A DNA stretch of 64,000 nt from Octopus sinensis. Lineage: Eukaryota. The stretch covers positions 15,686,001-15,750,000 of the forward strand of contig NC_043003.1 in NCBI RefSeq assembly GCF_006345805.1, written 5' to 3'. The stretch's first letter is position 1. Every line of letters starts with the position of its first letter. The notes beneath the pieces are model-generated. The model made no database searches. It was not told the origin of the DNA and saw only the letters and a list, made by a program, of their open reading frames with translations. Shown piece after piece: positions 25,622 to 38,686 of this stretch. The position numbers and the translations under genes were made by a program.

Positions 25622-27715
25622 AATTTAGCACTTCCACTATTTTTAATTTTTTAACTCCCTTCTTTAACTAAATATACCTGTGGTCTTCTATAACTTCTAA
25701 AGTATACAATTTATATATTTTATAATTTTATAATTTTTACAGCTACATTTGTATAATAATTAATGGATGTGTCTAGTATTATTGGTTTCTTGTTTTTTGT
25801 ATGTGGGTTTTTTTTGTTTTCTTAAGAGAATTGCAATATGACATAAAATAACATATTCATTTTGGTACTTGCCTTGTAATTTTGTGATTTTTGAAGTTTT
25901 CCAATACTGCATAGTATATTGCATAGTATATATATATATCTTGGGTAGATACCTAGCTCTGGATAATGTAATGATATTGTATAATATGCAATATATGAGA
26001 GCCTTTTGTGAGTTGTTGAGATTATAGGTTTTTTGTATGTGTTTATTTGGAAGGTTTTTATTGTATATTTGGTCTTTTGTACTCACCTTAATTTGTATCT
26101 TATGCTATTCACTGATAAACCTTTTGCATTTTTTTCATTTTTTTTTTTCATTTTCTCATTTACATGCACTTTGCTTTATAATTATTACCAGCCTCATATA
26201 TTTAGTTTATATCTATAGTCTTCTGGATCTGTACTTTAAACTATCCTTCCATACATATTACTTTCAACAATATAATATATATTCACTCTACTTATTATTT
26301 TTATTTATTTTCCATTTTATTGTAATATTATCAATTTTTGCATCTAGTCTTCTATTTATTTATTTATTTGCCTATTTAAGTGTAGATGTTTACATACATA
26401 TCAAGTCATCTAATTTGCTACCTATTATTTTTTACTTATTTACTTATACTGGGGTAGTTTTATACATACATATCTATCATTTATTTTTATTTAATTTTAA
26501 TAATATGAATACATATATACTGGTTTGTACTTATAATATATGTATAACCGTATTTATTCCTTCGTATTTATCCTTCTTACTTATTTTATCTCTTTTCATC
26601 TTAAGTTTTTATAATATAAAATTTATTTAAAATTTCTGTGATGTCCTCTATTAAGCGTTTAAATTAATACTTCCCCTTCTATTCTTTAATGCCTAAACTG
26701 GTATATCATGGCAATATATTTATTAAGTTAATAAGTGACTTATTTATAATTATTTAAATTAATATACATTTTATATTTTATATTTTATAATTTAGCGTAC
26801 TTAAAACCATAACAAACTTACGATAAATCTAACAACCGTATGTTTACTCTGCAACAAACCGGTGTTATAAATTTTAAGTTACCCATGAAATAAGTATCTG
26901 ATTTAGTAACATACTGATATTTAAAATATATTTTTATATCTAAATTAAATATTTTATGAAATTCATGAATGGTTCTTCTTTGTTATTGAGGCACAGTGAT
27001 AATATTGAAGGACTAATTGTAGCATAGTTACTTCCCTTTTTGTTTATCTATGTGCTAGTTGTTGCTTGTAATTATGTATGTGTATAAATGTATGTATATA
27101 CATATAACTATGTGTGTATGTGCGATTGATCTGTAGATGCGTGTGTGAATATTGGCGTTCCTTGACTAACCAACCGTATAATTTTCTTTTGTGATTTAAA
27201 TTTCAAACCAATAGCCAATCGAATTAATCTATATTTTCTTTACCTAGTGGTCAGCATTTCTTAACTCATAGTTATTTCGATTGTAAGGATGGACTTGGTG
27301 CTAACTTAACTGTATCTTTTTTATTATATTTTTTTATTATCATTATTTTATATTATTATTATTATTATTATTATTAATAGTAATTTTTATTAACTTTTAT
27401 AGCTTTAGAATCTATGAACTGTACCACGGATTTAATTATTGTTTTTCATCTCCATATATGTTAGCTTTTTTTTATATATTATAAAAAAACTATTAGCCAA
27501 ATATGTATAATATCGGTACTTATGATATTAATATATACCTATTATATATTTTGTTTTATTTTGTTCTATTTACCTTCCTTTTTTGTACAAATGTGTATTA
27601 TATTATATAAGTGTAGCTTTATGATGTATAAGTTTTTATATTTTACATTTTTATATTTTTATATTTATATGTATATGATTGTATATTATTTTTCACTATT
27701 ATAACAAATTTAATT

Positions 27716-27833
27716 CCATTCTCTGAAGAGGCCGTGGGGCATCCTTATTAATGCCTCATTTATACCTGCCTTTATGGCTTATAGGTTAAATGAGGTATGA
27801 CTGTCCTCACTGCCGAAACAGCTGTCAGTTTTG
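27716..27833 (+). ncRNA. Type I hammerhead ribozyme with a large branched stem II
   Basis: CTGAAGA (27723-29); stem II GGCCGTGGGG/CCTCACTGCC; inner CCTCATTTA/TAAATGAGG helix; GAA-ACAGCTGT (perfect palindrome)-C, GUC site at 27824-26. Stem I weak (CT/AG only). Confidence 0.8.
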
Positions 27834-28195
27834 ATTTATATCATATTTGAAAATTTTTTACTTATATCTCTTTATCTTTTTACTATTACTGTATATCTCA
27901 TTTCATTTTATGTATTGCCTTTACTCATATGTAATGGTGTATTAAAGTATGGATGAGTTTCATCGGATAGTTGATGTTTTACTGATTTAAGTATATTTCT
28001 CCATTCTCTAATTTTGTAGTATTAATTTACGGTAATATATTACCTTCACCCATATAATGCAATAGATGAACTGATTGTTTGACAATTTTTAACATCTATG
28101 TATTAATTTTGTTGGGTACCTATCTAGCAGTATATTGGATATATATTATCCATGGTGGGTGAATTTTCAACCCCTATCTCATTTATTTTATACCT

Positions 28196-28226
<31 letters not shown>

Positions 28227-28240
28227 TTATATATATATAA

Positions 28241-28290
<50 letters not shown>

Positions 28291-28572
28291 TTATATAGAT
28301 ATATATGTATATATATATATATTTAAATATATACATATATAATATTAATATATACATGTTATATATATATGTATATATATATGTATATTTATATATATAT
28401 GTATATATATATATATATTATATATATACGTATATATATGTATATATATATATATGCATTGTATATATGCACACATTATATAAATGTATATACACATATA
28501 TATGCATTATATATATATAATATACATACAAACACACATAAATGCATTATATATATCATATATATATATATA

Positions 28573-28655
<83 letters not shown>
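28196..28655. repeat. (TA)n then (GATA)n microsatellite tract
   Basis: Direct inspection. Confidence 0.98.
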
Positions 28656-28658
<3 letters not shown>

Positions 28659-28943
28659 GAGGGTATTTTTCCCTTGTTAACAATTAACACGGAAAAAATA
28701 GATAAATAGTTACCAGGGTAGCAAAAGTTCACAGAAATAAAGTGGTTGTAACTCCTTGTTTTTAAAGGTAGAAACTTCAGGTATACGTGGAATTTTTTGT
28801 ATAATATATAAATAAAGAAATGGAGTTTAACGCAGGTATAATTCAAATGCTTTTAATTCTGACACATGTTTCGAAGATTTTACTGATATTATTCCAAAGG
28901 AATAAATGATGTAAAGCAATGTAATCTTCTCTTCAGGGACGTG
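28655..28943 (-). mobile_element. 5'-truncated PLE-like pLTR fragment ending in microsatellite
   Basis: Contains an HHR; homologous to 16555-16670. Confidence 0.65.
28851..28936 (-). ncRNA. Type I hammerhead ribozyme core
   Basis: CTGAAGA-GAAGATT...AATCTTC-GAA-ACATGTGT-C|AGAATT. Perfect 7-bp stem II, near-palindromic stem III, GUC site; the 5' strand of stem I is missing. Confidence 0.78.
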
Positions 28944-31900
28944 AAGAAATGAAACTCGTCAATAAGCTATTTTAACAGAAAATAATGGATATGTATAGTG
29001 CTTTACTGAACGCTATTAATATTGTTTGAAAAAACGTTATATGATATAACTTCAGAAGTAGCCTATAGAAAGAGGAGGGATATTTTTTAGTGAATGTTAA
29101 ATATAAAAAGAAAATTAATGTTTAAATTATATATAACGATAGAGATTACTTATATGAACTAAAGTTGTGTTTTTGCCAATGTTTACATCGGTACGCACGC
29201 TCTATAACCGTGTTTACTAGGGGATTTTTAGAAAAAAATAATGAAAAATAGTTCAGAAGACATAATTCCTTGCCTTTGTCATAAGGTATCGAGATTGAGA
29301 GAATCAATCATTCTAAATTAAATTGTTCATTGTGGTCTTTTAGACCCCAAATTAATTTACTGAGCCCAGTGCTGTTACGTTTATTCCTATCCCTAAATGT
29401 TGAGTAAAGGATGGAAATTCTTCTAGATAACTCTAACAGCGTGCTTTTAATGTAAAATCGTATTTTATTACGAGTACTAATTATACACTAGTATATGGAA
29501 TTTTTAACTTTAGAGTAACTTGATATAAACTTAATTCTGTTGGAATTGACTTCAGATACAATAACCTTGTTATTAATATTTCTAAAGGGATGGATGGTAC
29601 TTGCTAAATTAATGTTAGTATTAGTAAACGTATTAATATTTAACAGATTGTTATTATGTGAAGATTACAAATTATTTCTTCACATAATAACAACCTGTTA
29701 ATGTGAAGGCAACTAGCTAGCAGTCGATAGTGTGCCGGACAAATACTTACTGGCATTTCTTGCGGCTCTTCTGCGTTCTGAGTTCAAATTTCACCGAGGC
29801 CGACTTTGCTTTACATTCTTCCGGGGGCCGTTAAAATAACTACCAGTTACGCAATCGGGACGATATAATTTACTAGCACTCTCTCGCAAAATTTTAGGCC
29901 TTTTGCTGATAGTAAAAAGAAATGACAATCAAAAGTGATTTCCTATTTTGGTACAAGGCCAGCAATTTCAGGGAAGAGCAAATTTGATTAAATCGACTCC
30001 AGTACTTTACTGATACTTATTGACCCCGAATGGTTGAAAGGCAAAGCATTTTGTTCGACGCTAACGATTTGGCTAGTTCGCCATCTTTATTTACCACAGC
30101 ATTGTAATTATTTTCGTATTTGGTGACCAAGAGATGCAAGACACGATCATATCTCACGAGATTCCTCGTCAGTTTCCGTTTTCCGTTTGTTGTTTACTGA
30201 CTGGTAACTATACTTATGACTGTGCATGAGTTATTGACAACTACGATACTGATAAGAAGTTTACAAATTAATACTAATGAAACTGCATCGTCTTATAACT
30301 TATCGCGTACGTTTACCAAATGCTCTTGTGTCTCTCGCAACGACAAAAAATATATCACAGCTTATAGCTGAGTTCATGAAGTAAGTTTATTGAACGAAAA
30401 TGGAATTTCTATTTTTATTTAGTTTTTATATGATTCCATTTGATTTATAAAGTTTTGGAAACGGTAAAGGAAATTTCCTGGAGTTCTGTTATTATTCAAG
30501 ACTTCTTCGAAATATTCAAAACAACTCTCAAGAAGAATTATTTAAAAATTGACAAATTAACACAGCTATTTTGAGAAAGCCATTGTCTGAGAGTTGATTT
30601 CGTAAACTAGACGCAGTTTCTTATTGTCGTAGCTGTCTCTTGATGCTGCTGTTGCTGTTGCTGTTGTTCTTGTTATTGATCCTATTTTTGTCAAAGTTCG
30701 AATTGTAATTGTAATTTTTTATATCGCTTAAAGAATAGCGTCTGAGACAAGTTGGAGATAAAAAGGAAGACATCCTCAGAGCGGGAAATCCCGCGTAAGT
30801 GAACCAAATACGAAGTGCTATTGATAAACGGGGCTACGGATTGAGCTTACAAGACGTTCATACTTTTGCTAAAGATATAATACAATGGAAATGAATGAGG
30901 TATGTTTTACTTCAAGAAATTCTAATTTTGGCACAAGGCCAGCAATTTTAGGGGAGAGGTTACCTATTTTACCGATAACGACAGGGCGAAAGGCAATGTC
31001 GACCACGACAACATTTGAACTCGGAATATAATGACAGACGTTATGCTGCTAAGCATTTCACTCGGAGCGGTGACGATTCTACTAGCCCGCGGCCCTCAGA
31101 TTATCTATAATATTGGTTTCAAATTTTGGCACAAGGCCAGCAGTATTGTGGTGGTGGTGGGGAGTTTAAATCGATTACTTCAACCCCAGTGCTCAACTAG
31201 TACTTATTTTAACGACCCCGAAAGGAAAAAAGACAAAGTCGACACCTACAACATTTGAACGCAGAACGTAAAGTCGGAAGAAATGCCGCCATGCATTTTC
31301 CCCCGGGGGTGTAATGATCCAACCAGCTCGCTACCTCCAGATTATGGAGATGTCGTGATCTCAGTTAATTATACGCCATGGAAACCGAGCCTAGCTTTAT
31401 CTTAAGAGTCTTAAGCCTTATGTCAGACATGGATTACGGTCAAGCAAATATCGCGAATCATACCGAGTCATAATGGCCGGGTTCCCTATTTCATGGTGTA
31501 TATAATATTCCCCACCTAGACAGGCTACTGGTCTGTCACAGGGTAACTCATTTTGGCCATCTGAGTGAACTGGAACAACGTAAAACGAAGTGCTTTGCTT
31601 AAGGACGCAACGCGTTGCTCAGTTCAAGAATCGAAACCACAATCTTAAGATCATGAGTCCAGCCAGCCACCCAACCACTAAACCGCGCGTCTCCACTAGA
31701 CATGAATTGGATTCGATTCGATTGCCTATGTTCAGTCCACTGCAGGACGAAGGCCTCGGAATGTTCTCCCCATCAACTCTGATCTGATGTAGAAGCATCG
31801 AATTTGAGCTTGAAATCATACTGGTTTAATGAGCATACTCGGCCTTACCAGCTCAACCTAATTTAGCAGGGGGATGCAGTTTCTTGTTTCTTTATTGCCC

Positions 31901-31997
31901 ACAAGGAGCTAAACATAGCGGGAACAAACAAGGACAGACAAAGGCATTAAGTCGATTACATCGACCCCAGTGTGTAACTGGTACTTAATTTATCGAC

Positions 31998-33181
31998 AAC
32001 AAAATAGCAACACAAATATTTTGTGCTCTAACTGGTTGTCACTAGACTGCGGCCATGCTGGGGCACCGCTGGGACACCCAGCCCTATATAATTTCTCACT
32101 ATTTGTGAGCTTAACCCCATATTATTTACAAAAACTGCAACATGTCTGGGCTTAATATCCCTTGCTACAATCATGACAATTACTTTAGCATTGCTCTTCT
32201 CCGCGAGGAATGTTCATGCTTTGTTTATCCACCCCGAAAGGATGAAAGGCAAAGTCGACCGCGACGCAATTTGAACTCAGAACGTAACGGCAGACAAAAT
32301 ACGGCTACGCATTTCGCCCGGCGTGCTAACGTTTCTGCCAGCTCGCCGAGGGATGCAGTTACTGTATTCACATCTAGGAGTATCTAATTCGATGACATCG
32401 ACCCCCATTGTTCAACTGGTACTTATTTTATCGCCTCCGAAAGGATGAAAAGCATAATTGTGCTTAACGAATTTGATTTCCATTGGTTACGACTATTTCT
32501 TTGACGATATATTTTTTGGAACGTATCAGCGGTAAAATCAAAGTTACTTGTATAGTTTAGAACCCAGAAATCTAAGTTAAGTGAGAAATAGTGAAGTAAT
32601 ACAAAAATCAGACCGTATATAACCTGGCTTTCTCTCGCCATCTTTTTCTCCGTCATCCTTTGTTTTTCATAACACAGACAGATATGTTTGCTTAAGTTAA
32701 TGCAGGAACGTCTACATAATCACTCGATTTGATCAATATTACAGCTAAATCTCTTTTAAACAAACAATGTAATATTTTACAATGGCGATCACGTCTTGTA
32801 CTTTTTTTTAAATGGTATATCCTAGAGCAATCTGTACGATGTAAACATACATTAGCCATGACTACGAAAGTCGACCAAAGAATTCGCCTGATTGATTCGT
32901 ACCGTGTCTAAGTCTACTAAAAGTACTGTGACGCGTTTCAGTCAACAATAGAAACAAGAACAACAACAAAATAGCAACACTAATCTTTTGTTTTTACCTG
33001 GTTGACAATAGACTGCGGCCATGCTGGGACACCCAGCCCTATATAATTTCTCTCTATTTGTGAGCTTAACCACATATTATTTTCAAAAGCTGCCATATGT
33101 TTGGGCTTCATATCCCTTGCTACAATCATGACAATTACTTTAGCATTGCTCTTCTCCGCGAGGAATGTTCATGCTTTGTTT
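31998..33181 (+). repeat. Local ~220-bp direct duplication (31998-32223 and 32965-33181)
   Basis: First copy splits a family A SINE; last 72 bp identical between copies. Confidence 0.92.
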
Positions 33182-35164
33182 GTCTTCGAGTGTAGTTTCC
33201 GTTTGTGACTGGCAGTTAGACGGTACCTAGGTTTTGCTCTTCTTTCCCTGGGAAATAATATCTCAGATTTCGGCATTCCTTCTCGAAGGTATAGTAAACG
33301 ACAACCCTCACCTTGTGAGACGAATGTAATCCAATTTTCTTTTGGCTCGCATTTCAGAGAGTTCTACGGGGAAGGAGAAACATTTTTTTATAAGTGCAAT
33401 GTTTCTACCGATCAGTTTCCAACTCTTCAAAGCTAAACTAACTCTATGTGGGGACTAGTATTCTGACGATACTTCTGCGTGTATGTGTGTATGTACGTGT
33501 TGTCCTTGTGTGGAGGTACGTAGCTTGGTGGTTAGGACATAAGGTTTACGATTGTAAGGTCGTGAGTTCGATTTCCGGCCGCGCATTGTGTCCAATTCGC
33601 GTTGCTCCAGTTTACTCGTTAATTTCACGAGCAGGCTGTTCTGTTGATTGGATCAGCTGAAACAGTCATCGTCGTAACCGACGGAGTCCCAACTAATGTA
33701 CGTACGTATATATGTGTAGATATGAAGGCGAGTGGCATAGTGGTTAGGCTATTCGGCTCACTGTCGTAAGGTTGTGAGTTCGATTCTCGGTGATGTGTTT
33801 TGCTCTAGAGCAAGAGACATTAATTCATAAATTGGCAAGACAATTTATTTCTGTTGTCAAAAATCTGTAATACCTGTATTTGAAAGGGCCATTTTTGTCA
33901 AATTCTGTGTCACGCTGAATCTCCCTGAATCCCGCGTTAAGGGTTCATGTGTCTGTGGAGTACTCAACCACTTGCACGTTAATTTCACGAGCAGGCTGTT
34001 CCATTGATAAAATGAATCGGAAGCCCCGTCGTCGTACCCGACGAGTCTTGTTGCTGTTATTATAGTTGTCGTCGTTCAAAAGGTTTTCAAAATATATGAA
34101 TATCCTATTTTGCCTTACTTAAAGGGCGAAAAAATCTCCCTGTTTAAAACAGCAGATAATTTTTGAAAGGTAGGTTTGGTATTATTCTTTCGCTTTGCAT
34201 TTCATGTTCGATCTTGTAGAAATCGTCTTTTGTAGCCCGAAGCCATTACGAAGGCGAACTAAAATGTCATTAAAAACTATTTTGAGGGAAACGTTAATCA
34301 AATAAACTCACGCCTTATAAAACCTACAAACAAGAATGAATCTAATTTCTGAAATAAACGAAAAACAAACAATTAGGATAGTATTAATAGAGACACAAAA
34401 GGCAAAAATCTACTGCTGCTACTGCTACTACTACAACTACTACTACTATTACCATCACCACTTCAATAACTACTACTACTACTACTACTGATAATTATTA
34501 TTATGATCATAATGATGATGATGATCACGACGATGATGATGTTGATGATGATAGTGTTCGTGGTATTTTATTTATTTACCACCAGGGCTCACACGAAAGC
34601 AAAGATTTTGAACGAAGTTACAAAAATCATAGCTGCTTTATTTGTAAGCAAAATGTCAACAAAAAACAAATATGGCAACAATAAAATTTTAACAAAGAAA
34701 TTTTTCCCTGAGTGTGAAAGTGACCTTTAAAAGATACCAGTGGAAACTGCACAAAAGCATGGCCCTCTCCTAGCCACCGATGAAAGCTGTCTGCCTCCAC
34801 TTCTAAAATCTCATGCTCGTGCTCGCCAATTCCATCTTTCGTATCTTGTAGCTCGTGCCTTTTCTCTGACAATGCAGCCTCCGAGCTTTAAGTTTTTGGT
34901 CGAGGGTGAATTTCGCTGTAAGCAGTTGCGTTTTGAAATTTTTCCTACGTGTCTCTTCTAAGTTTCTAACTAGCTGCTTCTAAACTATCAGGTTGAGTAA
35001 AAAGTAAGAAATGTTTTGAACCTTAAAGAATTTGTACCGGATTTTTGCAGAGTTTTGAATTGGTTTTTTTTTGCAATTGTTTGATAATACAGACATAGAC
35101 TTGCCCGAATGCATCAATAAATTAACATTGATATTTTTTTCACCGTTATTACAATCATCTGAAA

Positions 35165-35430
35165 TGAAACTGCTAACGCGCAATATTCGAGCAATTTTGA
35201 TTTTCGACTTCAAAAAAGGACGCAAACCAGCTGAAACTGCTCGCGATATCTAAGTGAGGAAATGACCAGTGAGTGGTCAGCTCGAAAATGGTTTAAACAA
35301 TTTTGCAGTGGAGACCTTGAAGATCGTGAGCGTAGTAGACGCCCGTTTGTCATCGATGACGGTCAATTAAAGATCGTCATTGAGAAAGATCCACGTAAAA
35401 CCACTCGAGAACTGGCAAAAGAACTTCAAA
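35165..35430 (+). mobile_element. Mariner transposase N-terminal fragment
   Basis: NIRAILIFDFKKGRKPAETARDI*...SARKWFKQFCSGDLEDRERSRRP...DPRKTTRELAKEL. Confidence 0.85.
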
Positions 35431-35874
35431 ATTATCTAGAAGAGTCAAAACATTTTTCTAACAAAGCCATAATACTTTTCTAACGTGCTCACTTTTCTGT
35501 GACTACATTGTATAGATAGGGAGAGTCGAAAACCAACTTGGCCTCCATCTTTGTACAGTGCCCAGTTTTAGAAAACAAACTCATGATTCTGTGGCCCTTT
35601 CCTTGACCTGTCAATGAGATAATACCCCACGTGTTAGCTAACACTACATCTAAGTGTTCTTTTGTGGGCTTGAGAAAAATTGCTCCGTTTTCCGCGATAA
35701 ATAAGTAGACGGCTTCATTTTCTCTTTATTGAATAAATCTTTCTGGCAGGCATGGTGTTTGCTTTTGATACAAAATCTCCGGGAAATTGACGATTGATCT
35801 AACAGTTTGTTCATGTTTATCAGTGCCTCTTACTTCAAGCAAATATAAAGATACGTACATGCATGCATGCATAG

Positions 35875-35916
<42 letters not shown>

Positions 35917-36903
35917 ACCCACACACATGCGCACAAACAAACAAAAAGGAATGCAGTGTAAATAACGCACAGAGTCAACGACTATTGAAAAATTTGCAAG
36001 ACGCAACGAAAATTTTAGAAAAATAAAGAAAGAAATAAGTGGAAATTTTACCGGTGAGTGTGTTACATTATAAGGCACAAAAAGAAAATGACTCTCCCCA
36101 GACACAACAAAATATGCTTCAACACACGAACTCATATAAAGAATCTTGCAAACCAAATCCAAAAACGAAATATAAAGATACGAGCTTGCTCGAAATTTTA
36201 TTTTATTTTATCAATATTCGTTTACGAATATACTATGTTATAGTTAAGAGAGTTGTTTGCTAACTTGGCTAATACTTTTACTAAGACGACTGGAATTGTC
36301 ATTATATTTTGTAAAATTGTGATTGCTTGTCACTTTCTGATTTTTTTATTGTGTCATTTTTGTGGGTGATTTAGGGATTTTGCCTACCCGGGGTGTGATT
36401 CAGTGACATGTCTGTGTTGAATCTCGGTTTAACACAAGAAGCTGCTCGAATCGACGCTTTGTTTTTCGCTTCATAAGCGAGAAAACTTGAAAGAAATTTA
36501 GTGCTCACCTTTCTTGACTTAGATGCAAGCGAATTTTTTTTAAAGTATCCGACAAATATTGAAGAACATTAACATAATATAAGATAACGAAGCTGTCAAA
36601 ATAGACATTTCACCACAACAAATCAGTAGCGATAAACAACAACAGCAAAAGCAACAACTTTTTAAGTAACAACGCATCCAGGGATACTATAAAAGACAAA
36701 CGAACGGCAAACGGAATCTTTACGAAGACATGCAGTGTTGGTTTTACCAAGTTATATAAAAAGGATGGCAGGCGTGAAAGACGTTGTAGAAAATATGGCG
36801 ACGTAGTCAAAAAATTGTAGAAAGCAAAGATATTTACAGGGTATAAATGCGGGTATCTTAAACCCGATAAAATTCCGCAGAAGCAGTCAACCTTACACAT
36901 ACG

Positions 36904-37131
36904 CAGTAAGAAATCGCTATATCGTGGGTCACCTATCGCGGTTTATTATTTAAGCTTACGTCGATTCCTCCGTGGTGTTGTTTTGCATATATAATATAAT
37001 AAAATAAATATATACGAATTGTAAAAATACTTTTAAAAATACACTGCACAGTGCTTTTTCTACTTCGCGGATTTTCACCCATCGCGGGTTTTTTTTGAAA
37101 CGTAACACTCGCGATAGTTGAGGCGTTTCTG
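36904..37131. mobile_element. Decayed Tigger-like MITE
   Basis: CAGTA...cgctatatcg(t/c)gg left end and cgcgatagttgagg...CTG+TA right end. Confidence 0.45.
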
Positions 37132-37289
37132 TATCTATAAAACTCAGAAGAAAATTCAAACTTATACATACATACATACATATACATGGTGGCTGCCCCT
37201 CGTTATTGAGTATGGCCATTGCACGAAGCTTAATCAATGTTGTTATCATGCAATGCCTGTGCAAGAAGGTTTTTTTTTAAAGTAAGGAA

Positions 37290-37735
37290 AGGCTGTGCAC
37301 TGAGTCAATCCCACTCACTAAGCAACAGCAGCCATAATACGAAAAGAAGAACAAGTCAACATCATCGGTAACCACTGAGCCGCAGGTTTTATATCGGAGT
37401 TATCCCAGTTACCTGAGTTACCTTCTCCTAGAAGGATGCCCTAACAAAGCCTAGGAGTCCTTCATTCCCAATGGTTTAACCGCGCGATCGGGTATTCAGT
37501 CCGATTATTTCTATGTCTCCGCGCATGATACAGTCTTAAAACATTTATCGGATGGCCGTTGACTCTCAAGAGTTCCTCCGCCCTTTGACGGGTTTTGTTT
37601 TTCATCCCGCAAGGAGTCCAATAAACACCCTCCTCACCAAGCAAGCTTGGTGGGGTTGCCGGTTTAGTCGCCGACGGCCCGACCATGCAACAGGTTGTAT
37701 TGGGTTACATGTTACCAGTAGCACTCGAAAGTGAC
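37290..37735 (-). mobile_element. Probable RTE-type LINE 5' UTR remnant
   Basis: GC-rich segment with a ggagaaggtaactc...aaaacctgc motif resembling RTE UTRs; no ORF. Confidence 0.35.
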
Positions 37736-37738
37736 CTG

Positions 37739-37772
<34 letters not shown>

Positions 37773-38010
37773 TTCAAATTTACAGAAAACAAACAATGAA
37801 GACAGCTGTAGGAGAAACAAGCAGGTGTATTAGTCTAACGCTTGGCAAAAATGGAAAAACCTTTGAAGCTTCGAGATTATATATACACACAAACATGCTG
37901 GAAGTAAATAGACACCTTTAATTTTCAAAATCTTTAATTTGATATTTATTGGTTGAAGAATAGGTTTTCTTCTAGCTGCTCGAGCAGAATACACAAGCTT
38001 ATGCAGATAT

Positions 38011-38457
38011 TTAACACGTTCTTGGACTAACTTCTAGCTGTTTTGCAATGACAGAAGCCTTCGAACGGAGTTCGTTTTCCCCAATTCTCTTCAAACAGCG
38101 AAGCTTCCTTTCCGAGGGCCCAGGTCGGCCGGGACGAGGATCTGCTGATTCTTTTCCTTGGCTTTTGAAGTACACTCTAATTCTATTAACAGTAGCAAGA
38201 GGAATTTCAAGATTTTCGACAATTTTTCGCTGGCTAAGACCAGCCTCAGATTGCCCAACAATACGACCTCTTTGAAAATCTGACAGTTCTGCTGAATTTT
38301 TTGGCATGGCTACTCTTCGCAAATGTTTAATATAATGGCACCTGGAATAAAAAAGAATAATTACATTATAAATATTCTACAACTCTGAAAACATATTAAG
38401 ACGCTTAGATCAGATATTTTGAAAATTAGCGGTGTTTATTTACATCCTGAATGTCTG
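38011..38457 (-). mobile_element. Tc1-like transposon 5' part
   Basis: ORF 38011-38322 [18 protein letters not shown]...GLSQRKI...IP..TV.RI...PRPGRP (paired-like HTH); TA-CAG terminus at 38457. Confidence 0.85.
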
Positions 38458-38464
38458 TATATAT

Positions 38465-38534
<70 letters not shown>

Positions 38535-38635
38535 GTCAAAATAAGGGTGAAAAAATTGGATATTAATTAATAACATCAATTTAAACACCAAGTGGCCTAG
38601 CGTATAAAAGACTGGGATTCAGTAAATATTATTAA

Positions 38636-38686
38636 TACAAAACTATGAGAGAGAATCCACATAGTGGATTCTCTCTCATAGTTTTG

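Larger units (their letters stand above)
24989..28196 (+). mobile_element. Putative RT-less Penelope-like element: GIY-YIG ORF, ~2.1-kb T-rich UTR, hammerhead, ending in (TA)n
   Basis: Continuous SINE-free AT-rich segment bounded by (TA)n tracts; ORF and HHR on the same strand in PLE order. Confidence 0.65.

Noticed and set aside
30250-30300. ctgataag...gaaactgcatcgtc hammerhead-like string
   Set aside because: G8 mutated, and no convincing stem I or II.
30734-30800. Possible micro-exon (RLRQVGDKKEDILRAGNP) ending at a GC|GTAAGT donor
   Set aside because: Too short, ambiguous acceptor and no recognisable homology; cannot be supported without RNA data.
37600-37700. HDV-like ribozyme in the RTE-type UTR
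   Set aside because: Hairpins are present, but I could not assemble the P1/P1.1/P2/P3 double pseudoknot.
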